Source of the DNA: Blastocatellia bacterium
Lineage (GTDB): Bacteria > Acidobacteriota > Blastocatellia > UBA7656
Assembly: GCA_963765495.1 (NCBI GenBank)
Contig: CAVXWP010000009.1
Span: 416,001-480,000, forward strand
Length of the DNA: 64,000 nucleotides
Direction of reading: 5' to 3'
How positions within the stretch are numbered: position 1 is the first letter of the stretch; the number at the start of each line of letters is the position of its first letter. This document shows, piece after piece, positions 38,467 through 48,465 of this stretch. A model generated the notes under the pieces. That model ran no database searches, was not told where the DNA came from, and saw only the letters and a program-made list of their open reading frames with translations. The translations under genes were made by a program, and so were the position numbers.

Positions 38467-38880
38467 TCAGGCGGCTTGATCGGTGTTGCGCGCATTGTTT
38501 TTGATAAACTCGATTATCTCTTCCATCTTTGCGCCGGGGGTGAATATCTCTGTTACGCCCAGTTCTTTCAGTCGCGGGATGTCTTCATCGGGGATGATAC
38601 CGCCTCCGAATATGATTACGTCATCAAGACCCGCATCGCGCGCAAGCTCGACCACTCGCGGAAATAATGTCATGTGCGCGCCCGACAGTATTGATAATCC
38701 TATCGCGGCCACGTCTTCCTGAACCGCAGCGTTGACTACCTGTTCGGGCGTCTGCCTGAGTCCGGTGTAGATGACTTCCATTCCGGCATCGCGCAACGCC
38801 CGCGCAATGACTTTGACTCCCCGGTCGTGCCCGTCAAGTCCCGGCTTTGCAAGCAATACTCTTATTCTCTCTTCAACCAT
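38467..38880 (-). CDS. Cobalamin-binding small subunit of acyl-CoA mutase (IcmB/MCM-like)
   Basis: [10 protein letters not shown] (DxHxxG), SILSGAH, GGIIP. Confidence 0.95.
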   Translation of the reverse strand: MVEERIRVLLAKPGLDGHDRGVKVIARALRDAGMEVIYTGLRQTPEQVVNAAVQEDVAAIGLSILSGAHMTLFPRVVELARDAGLDDVIIFGGGIIPDEDIPRLKELGVTEIFTPGAKMEEIIEFIKNNARNTDQAA

Positions 38881-38912
38881 AATTATTCACTGATCGGCTC
38901 TCTGATTTATCT

Positions 38913-40595
38913 TCAAAACATAGGTTCGCGGTACTCGCCATAGACGGGGCGGAGCGCGTCACACATCTCGCCAAGCGTCGCGTAAGCGCGCGCGCAATCG
39001 AGGAGTAAAGGCATGGCGTTTGCCCCTGCGCGAGCGCACTCGGTCAGCGCCTTGAGGTTGGCTTCCACAAGCGCGTTGTCGCGGTTGGCGCGCAGTTGAC
39101 TGAGTCTCTGGCTCTGGAGTTCGGCTACAGATTCGTCTATCTGCAAGAGAGGTATTTCGGCAGGCTCCTCTTTCATCAGGTAGTCGTTGACGCCGACGAT
39201 GATCTTGTCTTTCGACTCTACGGCAAGCTGATACTGATAGCTGGCCTCCTGAAGTTCGCGCTGTGGGAACCCCGCGTCAACGGCTTCGATCATTCCGCCG
39301 AAATCGTCTATCTTGCGGAAGTAATCGAACGCGCCTTCTTCCATTTCGCGTGTGAGTTTTTCTATAAAGTAAGAACCGCCCAGCGGGTCAATCGTATTCG
39401 TAACACCCGATTCGTGAGCGATGATCTGCTGAGTGCGCAGGGCGATAAGCGCCGCCTCGTCCGAAGGCAGCGCGAGCGCTTCGTCGTAAGCGTCGGTGTG
39501 AAGCGATTGAGTGCCGCCGAGCACGCCCGCAAGCGCCTGTATCGCCACCCGCACGATGTTGTTTAGCGGCTGCTGCGCGGTAAGCGATACGCCCGCCGTC
39601 TGAGTGTGAAATCTGAGGGTCCACGAGCGAGGATTTTGCGCGCCGAAGCGATCACGCATCACCCTGTACCAGATGCGGCGGGCCGCGCGGTACTTGGCTA
39701 TCTCTTCGAAGAAGTCGTTATGCGAATTGAAGAAGAAGCTCAGACGCGGCGCGAAATCATCTACATCCATCCCGTGATTGACCGCGTACTGAACGTACTC
39801 GATCCCGTCGCGCAAGGTGAAGGCGAGTTCTTGCAGGGCGGTCGAACCGGCCTCCCGGATGTGATAGCCGGAGATCGAAACGGGATTGAAGCGCGGGACC
39901 TCTTTGGTGCAGAACTCTATCGTATCGACGATGAGTTGCATCGCGGGTCGCGGCGGATATATCCATTCCTTTTGAGCTATGTACTCTTTGAGTATGTCGT
40001 TTTGGAGCGTGCCGCCTACGTTTTTCCAGTCAGCGCCCTGCTTTTCGGCCACGGCCAGAAACATCGCAAATATCATAGAAGCCGGGGCGTTGATGGTCAT
40101 CGAGGTAGTGACCTGATCGAGCGGGATGCCGTCGAAGAGCACTTCCATATCGGCGAGGCTCGAAATCGCAACGCCGCATTTTCCCACCTCACCTTCGCTG
40201 AAGGGATGGTCGGAGTCATAGCCCATCAGAGTCGGGAGATCGAAGGCTACGGAGAGGCCGGTCTGCCCGTGTTCGAGGAGGTACTTGAACCGTTTGTTTG
40301 TATCAAAGGCGGACCCGAAGCCCGCAAACTGTCGCATGGTCCAGAGCTTTCCGCGATAGCCCGTCGCGTGAATGCCGCGCGTGTAGGGCGGCTCGCCCGG
40401 AAAGCCCGACTCGGTTTCGTAATCGAAATCCGGCAGATCGTTTGGAGTGTAGAGCCGCTCGATTGGCTTGAGCGATACGGTTGTAAAGGTCTGTTTGCTT
40501 TCAGGTAAACGCTTGAGGGTCGGATTGAGCGTCTGCTCTTCCCATTCGCTTTCGGCTTCCTGCAATCGGTTTGTAATGTCGGTTGTGCTCATCAA
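38913..40595 (-). CDS. B12-dependent acyl-CoA mutase large subunit, isobutyryl-CoA mutase-like
   Basis: [53 protein letters not shown]. Confidence 0.9.
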   Translation of the reverse strand: MMSTTDITNRLQEAESEWEEQTLNPTLKRLPESKQTFTTVSLKPIERLYTPNDLPDFDYETESGFPGEPPYTRGIHATGYRGKLWTMRQFAGFGSAFDTNKRFKYLLEHGQTGLSVAFDLPTLMGYDSDHPFSEGEVGKCGVAISSLADMEVLFDGIPLDQVTTSMTINAPASMIFAMFLAVAEKQGADWKNVGGTLQNDILKEYIAQKEWIYPPRPAMQLIVDTIEFCTKEVPRFNPVSISGYHIREAGSTALQELAFTLRDGIEYVQYAVNHGMDVDDFAPRLSFFFNSHNDFFEEIAKYRAARRIWYRVMRDRFGAQNPRSWTLRFHTQTAGVSLTAQQPLNNIVRVAIQALAGVLGGTQSLHTDAYDEALALPSDEAALIALRTQQIIAHESGVTNTIDPLGGSYFIEKLTREMEEGAFDYFRKIDDFGGMIEAVDAGFPQRELQEASYQYQLAVESKDKIIVGVNDYLMKEEPAEIPLLQIDESVAELQSQRLSQLRANRDNALVEANLKALTECARAGANAMPLLLDCARAYATLGEMCDALRPVYGEYREPMF

Positions 40596-40669
40596 ACTCT
40601 CCTCGGGATAAATATCAAAGCATACGTCATATAGATAATATCGGACATGTATGAACGAAGGTAAATTTG

Positions 40670-40699
40670 ATGATAGTTGACCGCCGATGAGAGTGTCAA
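40670..40699 (-). promoter_or_regulatory. Sigma-70-type promoter for the mutase operon
   Basis: TTGACA-18 nt-TATCAT. Confidence 0.6.
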
Positions 40700-40913
40700 C
40701 TACGGGCCTTCTTGTGAAAAAAGCGCGGTTGCAGAAAATGAGGCCTCGATTTCATCTATGTAAGATGGACGGTATAGTGACCCGATACGCTGGCAATTGA
40801 AAATCGAGATTTCAAATGATAAGCTGTGCCGGACAGTAACCGGCCAGTTCTCGCAAAAAATATACCCGTCACTGGTTCAGGTCTCGTCGCCCGGAAAGAT
40901 GCACGGAGGCCAG

Positions 40914-43460
40914 ATGAGTCTAGCACACGACTCAAAAATAGGTTCATACAGGGTGCTTGCCGAGCTTGGAGCAGGCGGTATGGGCGAAGTATATCTGGCC
41001 GAAGACACACGGCTCGGACGCCGGGTGGCGCTCAAAGTCCTCTCGGCTAATTTCACAAAGAACAAAGACCGTGTTCAGCGTTTTCAACAGGAGGCTCGCT
41101 CCGCTTCGGCGCTCAATCACCCGAATATCATCACGATATATGAGATCGGGCAGGAAGGCCCCATACATTTCATCGCCACCGAATTGATAGACGGAGAGAC
41201 GCTTCGCCGCCACATATCGCGCGACCGTCTCTCGTGCCGCGAAGTGCTCGACATAGCCCTACAGGTAGCCAACGCGCTCGCAGCGGCGCATTCGACGCGA
41301 ATAGTGCACCGCGACATCAAGCCTGAAAACATCATGCTTCGCCCCGACGGCTACGTCAAAGTTCTCGATTTCGGACTGGCCAAACTGACGGCTTCTCCAA
41401 ACGATTCGGTACCCGTAGACCCGGATGCGGTGACGGCCATTGAGGCGAACGTGCCTCAAAAACGTATGGTCGAAACCGACCCCGGGACGGTGCTTGGAAC
41501 CGTCACCTACATGTCGCCCGAACAGGCGCGAGGCCAGCCCATCGATCTGCGGACCGATATATTCAGCCTAGGCGTGGTCATTTATGAAATGGTCGCAGGA
41601 AGGGTTCCATTCGAAGGCACATCCGTAAGCGATGTGATCGTTTCGATACTTGGAAGCCGCCCGTTGCCGCTCGCCCGTTATTCGCTGAACGTCCCAGACG
41701 AGCTTGAGCGCATAGTTAGCAAGGCGCTCGCAAAAGACAGGGAAGAGCGGTATCAGACTATAAAAGACCTCCTGATCGATCTTAAGAAGCTCAAGCAGCG
41801 GATCGAGATCGAAGAAGAACTGGAATTCTCTTCGCGCACCTATCAGGACCGCGAGACGGTAAGCATATCGAGCGCCAGCCCCGCTTCGGGCTCACGTTCC
41901 GGCTCAACCTCGGATGCCTCCTCAGGCTCAGGCGCTAAACAGGCATTCGCAGCGATGCCGAGCGTACCCGCAATAAGGACTTCATCGAGCGCCGAATACC
42001 TTATCACCGAAATCAAACGCCACAAGCGGGGCGCGATGATTACGGTCTTTCTTATCGCGGTGGCAATAGCCTCGCTTGCCTATTTCACAAGAGACAGCGG
42101 CAAGATCAACTCGCTTGCCGTCATGCCTTTCTCGAATGTGAGCGAGGATCAAAGCACAAAAGATCTGGGCAATTTACTGGCCCAGCGCATCATAAACACT
42201 CTTTCGCAGATGCCCGAACTCAAGGTGCAGTCCTTTCGCGCCGTGGCGCAGTTCAACAACCCGGAGACAGACCCGCAAACCGTAGGCACAAAGCTTGGCG
42301 TGCGCGCCGTTCTCGTAGGCAATTTCGTCAAGCGCGACCGCGACGACGGTCTCTTTATCAACCTTGAGCTTGTGGATGCGCGCGATAACAGCCAGATATG
42401 GGGCAAACAGTATGACAGAAAATTCGCCGACCTGCGCCGCGTTCAGGAAGAGATTCTGGCCGATGTATCGGCACGGCTCGGGCTGAAGATGAGCGAAGAA
42501 GAGAAGCGCGAGCGCGAGGCCGAACAGCTTTATCAGGAAGCGCGCAATTACTGGGAGAAGCGGACTGCGGACGGGCTGAAAAAGGCAATAGCTTCGTTTG
42601 AGCGCGCGATTGAAATACAACCGAATTACGCAGCGGCTTATGCGGGGCTGGCCGATTGCTACAATATGCTTGGAGTCTACGGCGCGCTCGCGCCCCTGGA
42701 AACTTTTCCGAAAGCGAGAGAGGCGGCCGAAAGGGCTCTGAGCATCGACTCGAAACTTGCCGAAGCCCACACCTCGCTTGCTTTCGTCATGTTTAGAGAA
42801 GAGTGGAAATGGGACGAGGCCGAAAACGAATTCGAGCAGGCCATCCGTCTCAACCCCGATTATCCGCAAGCGCATCAGTGGTACGCAAACTACCTGTCGG
42901 CCGTGGGTCGCCATCGCGAAGCCGAACAGGAGACGCGCCGCGTTCAGGAGCTTGATCCTACTTCACTCATCTTAAACGCGCATTTCGGATTTATATATTT
43001 CTGCGCCCATCGCTATGATGATGTTATAACGCTCAGCCAGAAGACGCTCGATCTGGACCCGAATTTCTTTGCGGCCCGGCGCTATCTGGGTCTTGCCTAC
43101 ACGCAAAAGAAGATGTACGACAAGGCCATCAACGAATATCAAAAAGCGCTTCAGGCATCAGGAAACTCGGCGCTAATCAAGGCCGAACTCGCGCAGGCGC
43201 TTGCATCGGGCGGCAAGAGGCAAGAGGCCGAAACCATCCTCGAAGAGTTGAAACAGCTCTCCTCTCAGCGTTACATTTCGCCCTATAACATAGCGTTGAT
43301 CTACGTGGCGCTTGGAGAGAAAGAACAGGCTTTCGAGTGGCTTGAGAAAGCCTTTGAAATGCGGGCCGATTTCCTCGTCTATATCAAAGTGGACCCCCGG
43401 CTCGATGCGCTCCACACCGACGCAAGATTCGACAACCTTGTGCGGCGGATAGGTCTGTGA
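40914..43460 (+). CDS. Hanks-type Ser/Thr kinase with TM, TolB-N-like and TPR domains
   Basis: LGAGGMGEVY, VALK, HRDIKPEN, DFG, YMSPE; SLAVMPF; TPRs; GGAGG RBS before ATG 40914. Confidence 0.95.
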   Translation: MSLAHDSKIGSYRVLAELGAGGMGEVYLAEDTRLGRRVALKVLSANFTKNKDRVQRFQQEARSASALNHPNIITIYEIGQEGPIHFIATELIDGETLRRHISRDRLSCREVLDIALQVANALAAAHSTRIVHRDIKPENIMLRPDGYVKVLDFGLAKLTASPNDSVPVDPDAVTAIEANVPQKRMVETDPGTVLGTVTYMSPEQARGQPIDLRTDIFSLGVVIYEMVAGRVPFEGTSVSDVIVSILGSRPLPLARYSLNVPDELERIVSKALAKDREERYQTIKDLLIDLKKLKQRIEIEEELEFSSRTYQDRETVSISSASPASGSRSGSTSDASSGSGAKQAFAAMPSVPAIRTSSSAEYLITEIKRHKRGAMITVFLIAVAIASLAYFTRDSGKINSLAVMPFSNVSEDQSTKDLGNLLAQRIINTLSQMPELKVQSFRAVAQFNNPETDPQTVGTKLGVRAVLVGNFVKRDRDDGLFINLELVDARDNSQIWGKQYDRKFADLRRVQEEILADVSARLGLKMSEEEKREREAEQLYQEARNYWEKRTADGLKKAIASFERAIEIQPNYAAAYAGLADCYNMLGVYGALAPLETFPKAREAAERALSIDSKLAEAHTSLAFVMFREEWKWDEAENEFEQAIRLNPDYPQAHQWYANYLSAVGRHREAEQETRRVQELDPTSLILNAHFGFIYFCAHRYDDVITLSQKTLDLDPNFFAARRYLGLAYTQKKMYDKAINEYQKALQASGNSALIKAELAQALASGGKRQEAETILEELKQLSSQRYISPYNIALIYVALGEKEQAFEWLEKAFEMRADFLVYIKVDPRLDALHTDARFDNLVRRIGL

Positions 43461-43585
43461 TGCGTGAAGCGCGATGCGTGATGCGTGATTTTCAGCCGCG
43501 TGGCTATCACAGGTCAATTGCAAATCTCACGAATCACGCTTCACGAATCACGCTTCACGCATCACGCTTCACGCATCACGCATCA
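43457..43585. repeat. (GTGATGC)n inverted heptamer-repeat element
   Basis: About 4 units on the left and 8 on the right; supplies the stop codons of both convergent genes. Confidence 0.92.
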
Positions 43586-44148
43586 GCCGCTATATTTTCG
43601 CGTCCGTATCTGAGCACTTTAGCCATCCAGATCAATTCCTTCAGAAACTTATCAATGCGTTTGATGTATGCCTCATCCAGCAGATTTCCGTTCTCGTCGA
43701 AGAGGTTTTGAGCCTGGGGGAAATTCCCATCCCAGAATATATTGACAAGGCCGAGTTCTCTCATAACGGGAAGCAGGCTCTCGATAACGCGAGTACCGCC
43801 AAAGCTTCCGGCCGATACGCCGCATATTCCTACGGCCTTGTGAATGTACTCTTTCAAATTCGTATCGAGAGCGTGTTTGAGCATTCCCGGATAGCCGTGA
43901 TTGTACTCCGGCGCGACTATGATGAGCGCGTCCGCCCGGTCAACGGTCGCAGAAAACCACGAATCCTTTATCGCCTCCCCCGCGTCGGTGATCGGCAGAT
44001 TGAGATTGCGGATATCTACCAGCTCGGTCTCTACGCCCACACGTTTAGTTGTTTCGCCCAACACAAAACGGGCTACGTTTTCCGACATACGCCCCTGTCT
44101 GGTAGTGCCCAGAATAACTGGGATAAAAAGCGGCCTGTCTGTACTCAT
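43576..44148 (-). CDS. NADPH-dependent FMN reductase
   Basis: LGTTRQGR, PEYNHGYPGMLKHALD, GGTR. Confidence 0.92.
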   Translation of the reverse strand: MSTDRPLFIPVILGTTRQGRMSENVARFVLGETTKRVGVETELVDIRNLNLPITDAGEAIKDSWFSATVDRADALIIVAPEYNHGYPGMLKHALDTNLKEYIHKAVGICGVSAGSFGGTRVIESLLPVMRELGLVNIFWDGNFPQAQNLFDENGNLLDEAYIKRIDKFLKELIWMAKVLRYGRENIAADA

Positions 44149-44159
44149 ACTCTCTCCTC

Positions 44160-45671
44160 TCACTTGATATTCAGCACCGAATTCAGCCCGCCGTGACTGT
44201 CAGGTTCTTTCAAACCGTTGCCGGGGTCTTCGATCCATATCTGATTATTGATGACGAATTTGTACGCATAACGACCGGGCGGCGGGACTTCGATCTCTGC
44301 TCGCCAGACCCCTTTCCTGTCCTTAATAAACGGCGCGCGGGCCGGGTCCCAACCATTGAACTCCCCGGCTAGCGACACGCTTTCCAGCCGCTCTCCATCG
44401 GGATAAAAAAATACCAGCCGGTCGCCTTCGATCAATGGCGGTCGGAAATAATTTTCGTCCAGCGGTCTCTGATACTGAGTCGCCATCTCGACTGCGCGCC
44501 TCGCCTTCAACACGCCATAGCCCTGCCACATCAATGGCGCTCCGGCAATACGGCTCGCCGTCGAGATCAGGATGCGCTTTATCGCGGCAGGCGAAAGCGT
44601 GGGATTCGCCTCAAGCATCTGCGCGATTACGGAAGAGACTATCGGCGCGGCAAACGAAGTCCCGTCAACGTGCTGGTAATGCGCAGCCACTATTTTGTGC
44701 GCCTTGATCGCATCTTCGATATGAGCGCGAATCTTCTGCGCGCTCTCTCCGGTGAGCGACTTAGGCAATCGGGCTACCTTCCATGCCTCGCACGCCGCGC
44801 GGCTCAACCGGGCATCGGGGTCGCCCTCGGCCCGGGCGAGACTTGCCAGCACGTAATCAGGCTCGACGGCAAGCTGCGAGAGCGCCTCGGCCCTTTCGTA
44901 ATCCTCCGTGTCGGGCAGAATAGGGGCGGCTATCCAGATGGCGGGCGCTATGATTTCCGGTTTTACCACGCCGTCGGCTGTCGGGCCAAAGCTCGAACAG
45001 TAAACACCAAAGCCTTCTTCTTCCAACTGATTCTTGTCATCGTAGCCGCCCACGGTTATCACCGAAGGCGAATTCGCAGGAGCAGTGGTGTTGTGCATAG
45101 GCGTACAGCCTTTGTTGCCCGCAGCCGCAACTGTGACTATGCCGAGTTTTATGGCCTCTTCGGCAGCGCGGTCGGCGATGCTTTCAGCCGAAGGGAGATC
45201 ATCATCGCCGCCAAGCGATATGTTCATTATGCGAATATCGTAACGGTCTTTGTTTTCGATCACCCACCTTATGCCGCGCGCGATCTGATCTTCGGTGATA
45301 CGACCGTCCGCGCCTACCTTGACCAGCACTACCTGCGCGTCGGAGGCAATCCCGCTATAGAGACCATCCGCCAGATGTCCGTTGCCCGCCGCGACCACTG
45401 ATGTCATCGTGCCGTGCCAGTCCCAGGGTTTGGGCGAGCCGTACTCGTCAAGCACAGCGCGGTGGCCCGATATGTCTTTAAAGGCGATGATGCGGTTTTC
45501 AGGCTCGGTCAAATCGGGATGCGGGTAGAAACCCGAATCGAGAAAGGCTATGGTCACGCCCTTGCCCGTAAGATGAGCAGGGGCTTCTAGCCTGACCGGC
45601 GTAGGTATTACGCCAAAACGGTTTTGAGCGTGCGAGTGATTATGCGAGGCTGGGTGTCCGGCTTTCGTCAT
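44160..45671 (-). CDS. S8 subtilase (AprX-like) fused to a C-terminal CBM48/AMPK-beta-like glycogen-binding domain
   Basis: FLDSG, WHGT, AAAGN, DGTSFAAP; tail VSLAGEFNGW...GVW...YAYKFVIN..W..DP.N. Confidence 0.88.
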   Translation of the reverse strand: MTKAGHPASHNHSHAQNRFGVIPTPVRLEAPAHLTGKGVTIAFLDSGFYPHPDLTEPENRIIAFKDISGHRAVLDEYGSPKPWDWHGTMTSVVAAGNGHLADGLYSGIASDAQVVLVKVGADGRITEDQIARGIRWVIENKDRYDIRIMNISLGGDDDLPSAESIADRAAEEAIKLGIVTVAAAGNKGCTPMHNTTAPANSPSVITVGGYDDKNQLEEEGFGVYCSSFGPTADGVVKPEIIAPAIWIAAPILPDTEDYERAEALSQLAVEPDYVLASLARAEGDPDARLSRAACEAWKVARLPKSLTGESAQKIRAHIEDAIKAHKIVAAHYQHVDGTSFAAPIVSSVIAQMLEANPTLSPAAIKRILISTASRIAGAPLMWQGYGVLKARRAVEMATQYQRPLDENYFRPPLIEGDRLVFFYPDGERLESVSLAGEFNGWDPARAPFIKDRKGVWRAEIEVPPPGRYAYKFVINNQIWIEDPGNGLKEPDSHGGLNSVLNIK

Positions 45672-45788
45672 TGTAAACTCCTACCCGTTAAGGTTTAAAG
45701 ATTCGCCGAGGGTGCTCACTACTATAAACAGAAATCAGGGCAGGCCATCATACCATTTTCTTGCGGGATTTCAGAAGCAGGTTTGCCC

Positions 45789-47541
45789 TGCTTTGCGTCT
45801 CCGCGTCTTTGCGAGCGACTATAGCAGTTTTCACTTGAATGTAGTCTGTCGGGGCCAGATGTGACACTCTCTCTTTAGCGCCTTGAGCAATCGGCTGAAT
45901 CGAGAGCCGCTGCGCGATTTCTTTATGTGGTTTAATGAAAAATTGAGCCGACCATTGTCGGCCTTTGCTGATTTGGTGGGTTGGTAATCAATTCCAGTTC
46001 ACGCCAGGCGTTTGAGAAGGCAAGTCCGGTGCGGTTGCCATTTCAAGCAGGCTTGTGTGTCAATCCTCTCCGAAAAACAGTTTCGAATATGGGCGAGGTC
46101 ATCAAAGTAGTCACGACCGCCATCAAAACCAGGATTGTGAATAGCGTCGGAGTTATCATTCCGCGTTCCAGCCCTATGTTTAGAATTATCAACTCCATCA
46201 GTCCGCGAGAGTTCATCAAGGCCCCAATTGCCAGCGCTTCACGGTTGGGCTCGCCGCTCAATCTGGCTGCGAGCCAACATGCTATTCCCTTACCCAAACA
46301 AGAACCCAGCAATAATATGAGCGCCACATACCAGAGAGAGATCGAATCAAGCAGACCTATGCTAGTGTTCAGACCCGAATAAATGAAAAACAGCGGCAGC
46401 AAAAAATTGACCGTCAACGGCTCAAGCTTACGCTGGATTTCAAGGGCAAAGTCTCCGCGCGGCATGTTCACGCCCAGAATGAATGCGCCAAAGATGGCAT
46501 AGATGCCTATAGTGTCAGTGAGCCACGCCCCGAACATTAGAAGTATAAGCACGGTTGAGAAGACCGCTCCGCTTATTTCTTCGCGGCTCCTGGCCCTCTC
46601 TTCCAGTCTTTTGAAGAGCGGTCTGCCAATCAGATAGACCCCGGCGGCGTAGAGCAAGCCGCCACCAATCGCCCATATCGCGATCGACGCGTCGCTGTTA
46701 AAGCTTGCAAGCACTATCGCAAGGATGCACCAGGCGGCTACATCGTTCAACGAACCGGCAGCCAGCGCCAGGGTGCCCAGAGAGGTTCCCGCCAATCCGC
46801 ATTCGTGAATTATCCGGGCCAGCATGGGAAAGGCTGTAATTGACATCGCTGCCCCGATAAATAACATGGATTCCCAGAGGGTAACCTGCTTTGTAAAGTA
46901 TCTCGAGTCTTCAAAAAGAAAAACTGCTGTCAGGCTGCCAAGCGCAAAAGGCATCGCGATCCCTGCCAGCGATACGGCAACGGCACTCCGCAATCGACTT
47001 CTGATCAGGCCTACCTCAAACTCAAGACCGATCAGGAACATGTAAAGCACCAGACCAAGCTGGCTGACGGCATATATGATGCTCATAAACGATTTCGGGA
47101 AAAGGTAGTTCTGAGCATCAGGGATTATCAGGCCCAGAAGCGACGGCCCCATCATTACTCCTGCAATCATTTCGCCCACAACCTGTGGCTGGCCTACCTT
47201 TCGCGCTAAAAAACCCACGATCCGGCACGTTGCCAGTATGAATGCCAACTGTAAAAAGAAATGCGCTGAGATTTGAAAATTGGACATTTTCCCCTCTGAT
47301 GAGCCCCGGTAATCTAATAAGACTATTTATTGCCCCTCGCGACTATAGCGGTTTTCAGATGAATGTAGCCTGTAATGGCAATTGACCGATGATCTGCTTT
47401 GCACACGGCGGCCAATGATAGTCATCGCCCAAAAGGTGATCCGGGCAACCACAATAAAATGTATTCATTCGGGTTGCCCCTACAGCTAAACACATTCTCA
47501 AATCGCTATAGTTCTTGCAAAGACGCAGAGATACAAAGCAA
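45789..47541. mobile_element. Putative non-autonomous composite insertion inside a CTTTGCGT palindrome
   Basis: Complementary palindrome arms at 45789-45817 and 47512-47541; CTATAG-headed ends at 45819, 47343 (direct copy) and 47506 (inverted); no transposase in window. Confidence 0.6.
46043..47287 (-). CDS. Cation:proton antiporter (CPA2 family)
   Basis: GQPQVVGEMIAG, SITAFPMLARII, LND, GALMNSRGLMEL. Confidence 0.92.
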   Translation of the reverse strand: MSNFQISAHFFLQLAFILATCRIVGFLARKVGQPQVVGEMIAGVMMGPSLLGLIIPDAQNYLFPKSFMSIIYAVSQLGLVLYMFLIGLEFEVGLIRSRLRSAVAVSLAGIAMPFALGSLTAVFLFEDSRYFTKQVTLWESMLFIGAAMSITAFPMLARIIHECGLAGTSLGTLALAAGSLNDVAAWCILAIVLASFNSDASIAIWAIGGGLLYAAGVYLIGRPLFKRLEERARSREEISGAVFSTVLILLMFGAWLTDTIGIYAIFGAFILGVNMPRGDFALEIQRKLEPLTVNFLLPLFFIYSGLNTSIGLLDSISLWYVALILLLGSCLGKGIACWLAARLSGEPNREALAIGALMNSRGLMELIILNIGLERGMITPTLFTILVLMAVVTTLMTSPIFETVFRRGLTHKPA

Positions 47542-47543
47542 GC

Positions 47544-48407
47544 CTAGCCGGCCATGTGGGTAAGCGCGGCGCTCATCTGCCAGAGCCTCGCGGCAGCTTC
47601 CCGGTCATAAGACCCCGATGAGGATGAGGTCTCCTTCTTATCCATAAAATACTTTCCGGTCACGTCCTCGACCTCAGGGGATGAGGCGAGATAGATGCTC
47701 GTCTCGGCTCCCGTTTCCGGGCTTGTAAGGAGAGGCTTCACAAGCCATGCGAGCGGGCGCGCAAGCAAAGGAAAGAACCCGTTCATCAGATTTGTCCCCA
47801 CCACGCCCGGATGAAGACAGTTGGCCGTAACCCCGGTGCCTTCCAGGTGCCGGGCCAGTTCGTATGTGAAGAGCACGTTTTCAAGCTTCGACTGGCTGTA
47901 AGCCTCGGTCGCGCCGTAATGCTTTTCGCCCTGAATGTTGTCGAAATCGAGGCTCCGGCTGTGAATCTTTGAAGAGACAGTGACGATACGCGACGGAGCC
48001 GCAGCCTTCAGGTTGTCGAGCAGCAGGTTCGTCAGCAGGAAAGGACCGAGGTGATTTACAGCAAAAGTCGTTTCAATTCCATCCGCAGTAAGCGTGCGTT
48101 CGCGCAGGATGACACCGGCATTGTTGACCAGCACATCCAACCGGTCATTGCGGTCCTTAAAATCCTGAGCCAGGCGATGTATGGATTCCTGCGAGGCGAG
48201 ATCGGCTATCATCAAATCCACAGCCTTGTTTCCGCTTTCAGATATAATGTCGGCCCTCGCCTCTTCGCCTTTGCTCTGATTTCGGCAGATCATGATGACG
48301 GACGCGCCCAGCGCGGCCAGCCCGTGCGCGGTGGCTTTGCCTATCCCGGTATTGGCTCCGGTCACCATGCAGATTTTTCCGCTCATATCACTGTTGGGTT
48401 GTTTCAT
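47544..48407 (-). CDS. Short-chain dehydrogenase/reductase
   Basis: TGANTGIG, NNAG, YSQSK, HPG. Confidence 0.93.
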   Translation of the reverse strand: MKQPNSDMSGKICMVTGANTGIGKATAHGLAALGASVIMICRNQSKGEEARADIISESGNKAVDLMIADLASQESIHRLAQDFKDRNDRLDVLVNNAGVILRERTLTADGIETTFAVNHLGPFLLTNLLLDNLKAAAPSRIVTVSSKIHSRSLDFDNIQGEKHYGATEAYSQSKLENVLFTYELARHLEGTGVTANCLHPGVVGTNLMNGFFPLLARPLAWLVKPLLTSPETGAETSIYLASSPEVEDVTGKYFMDKKETSSSSGSYDREAAARLWQMSAALTHMAG

Positions 48408-48465
48408 TTTTTGGTTCCTCGCTCAACGGCGCGGCCCGTTTTCAAACCTTCTGATCAATTGCAAC

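Noticed and set aside
40600-40910. Cobalamin riboswitch upstream of the B12 mutase
   Set aside because: The leader is short and shows no B12-box-like elements.
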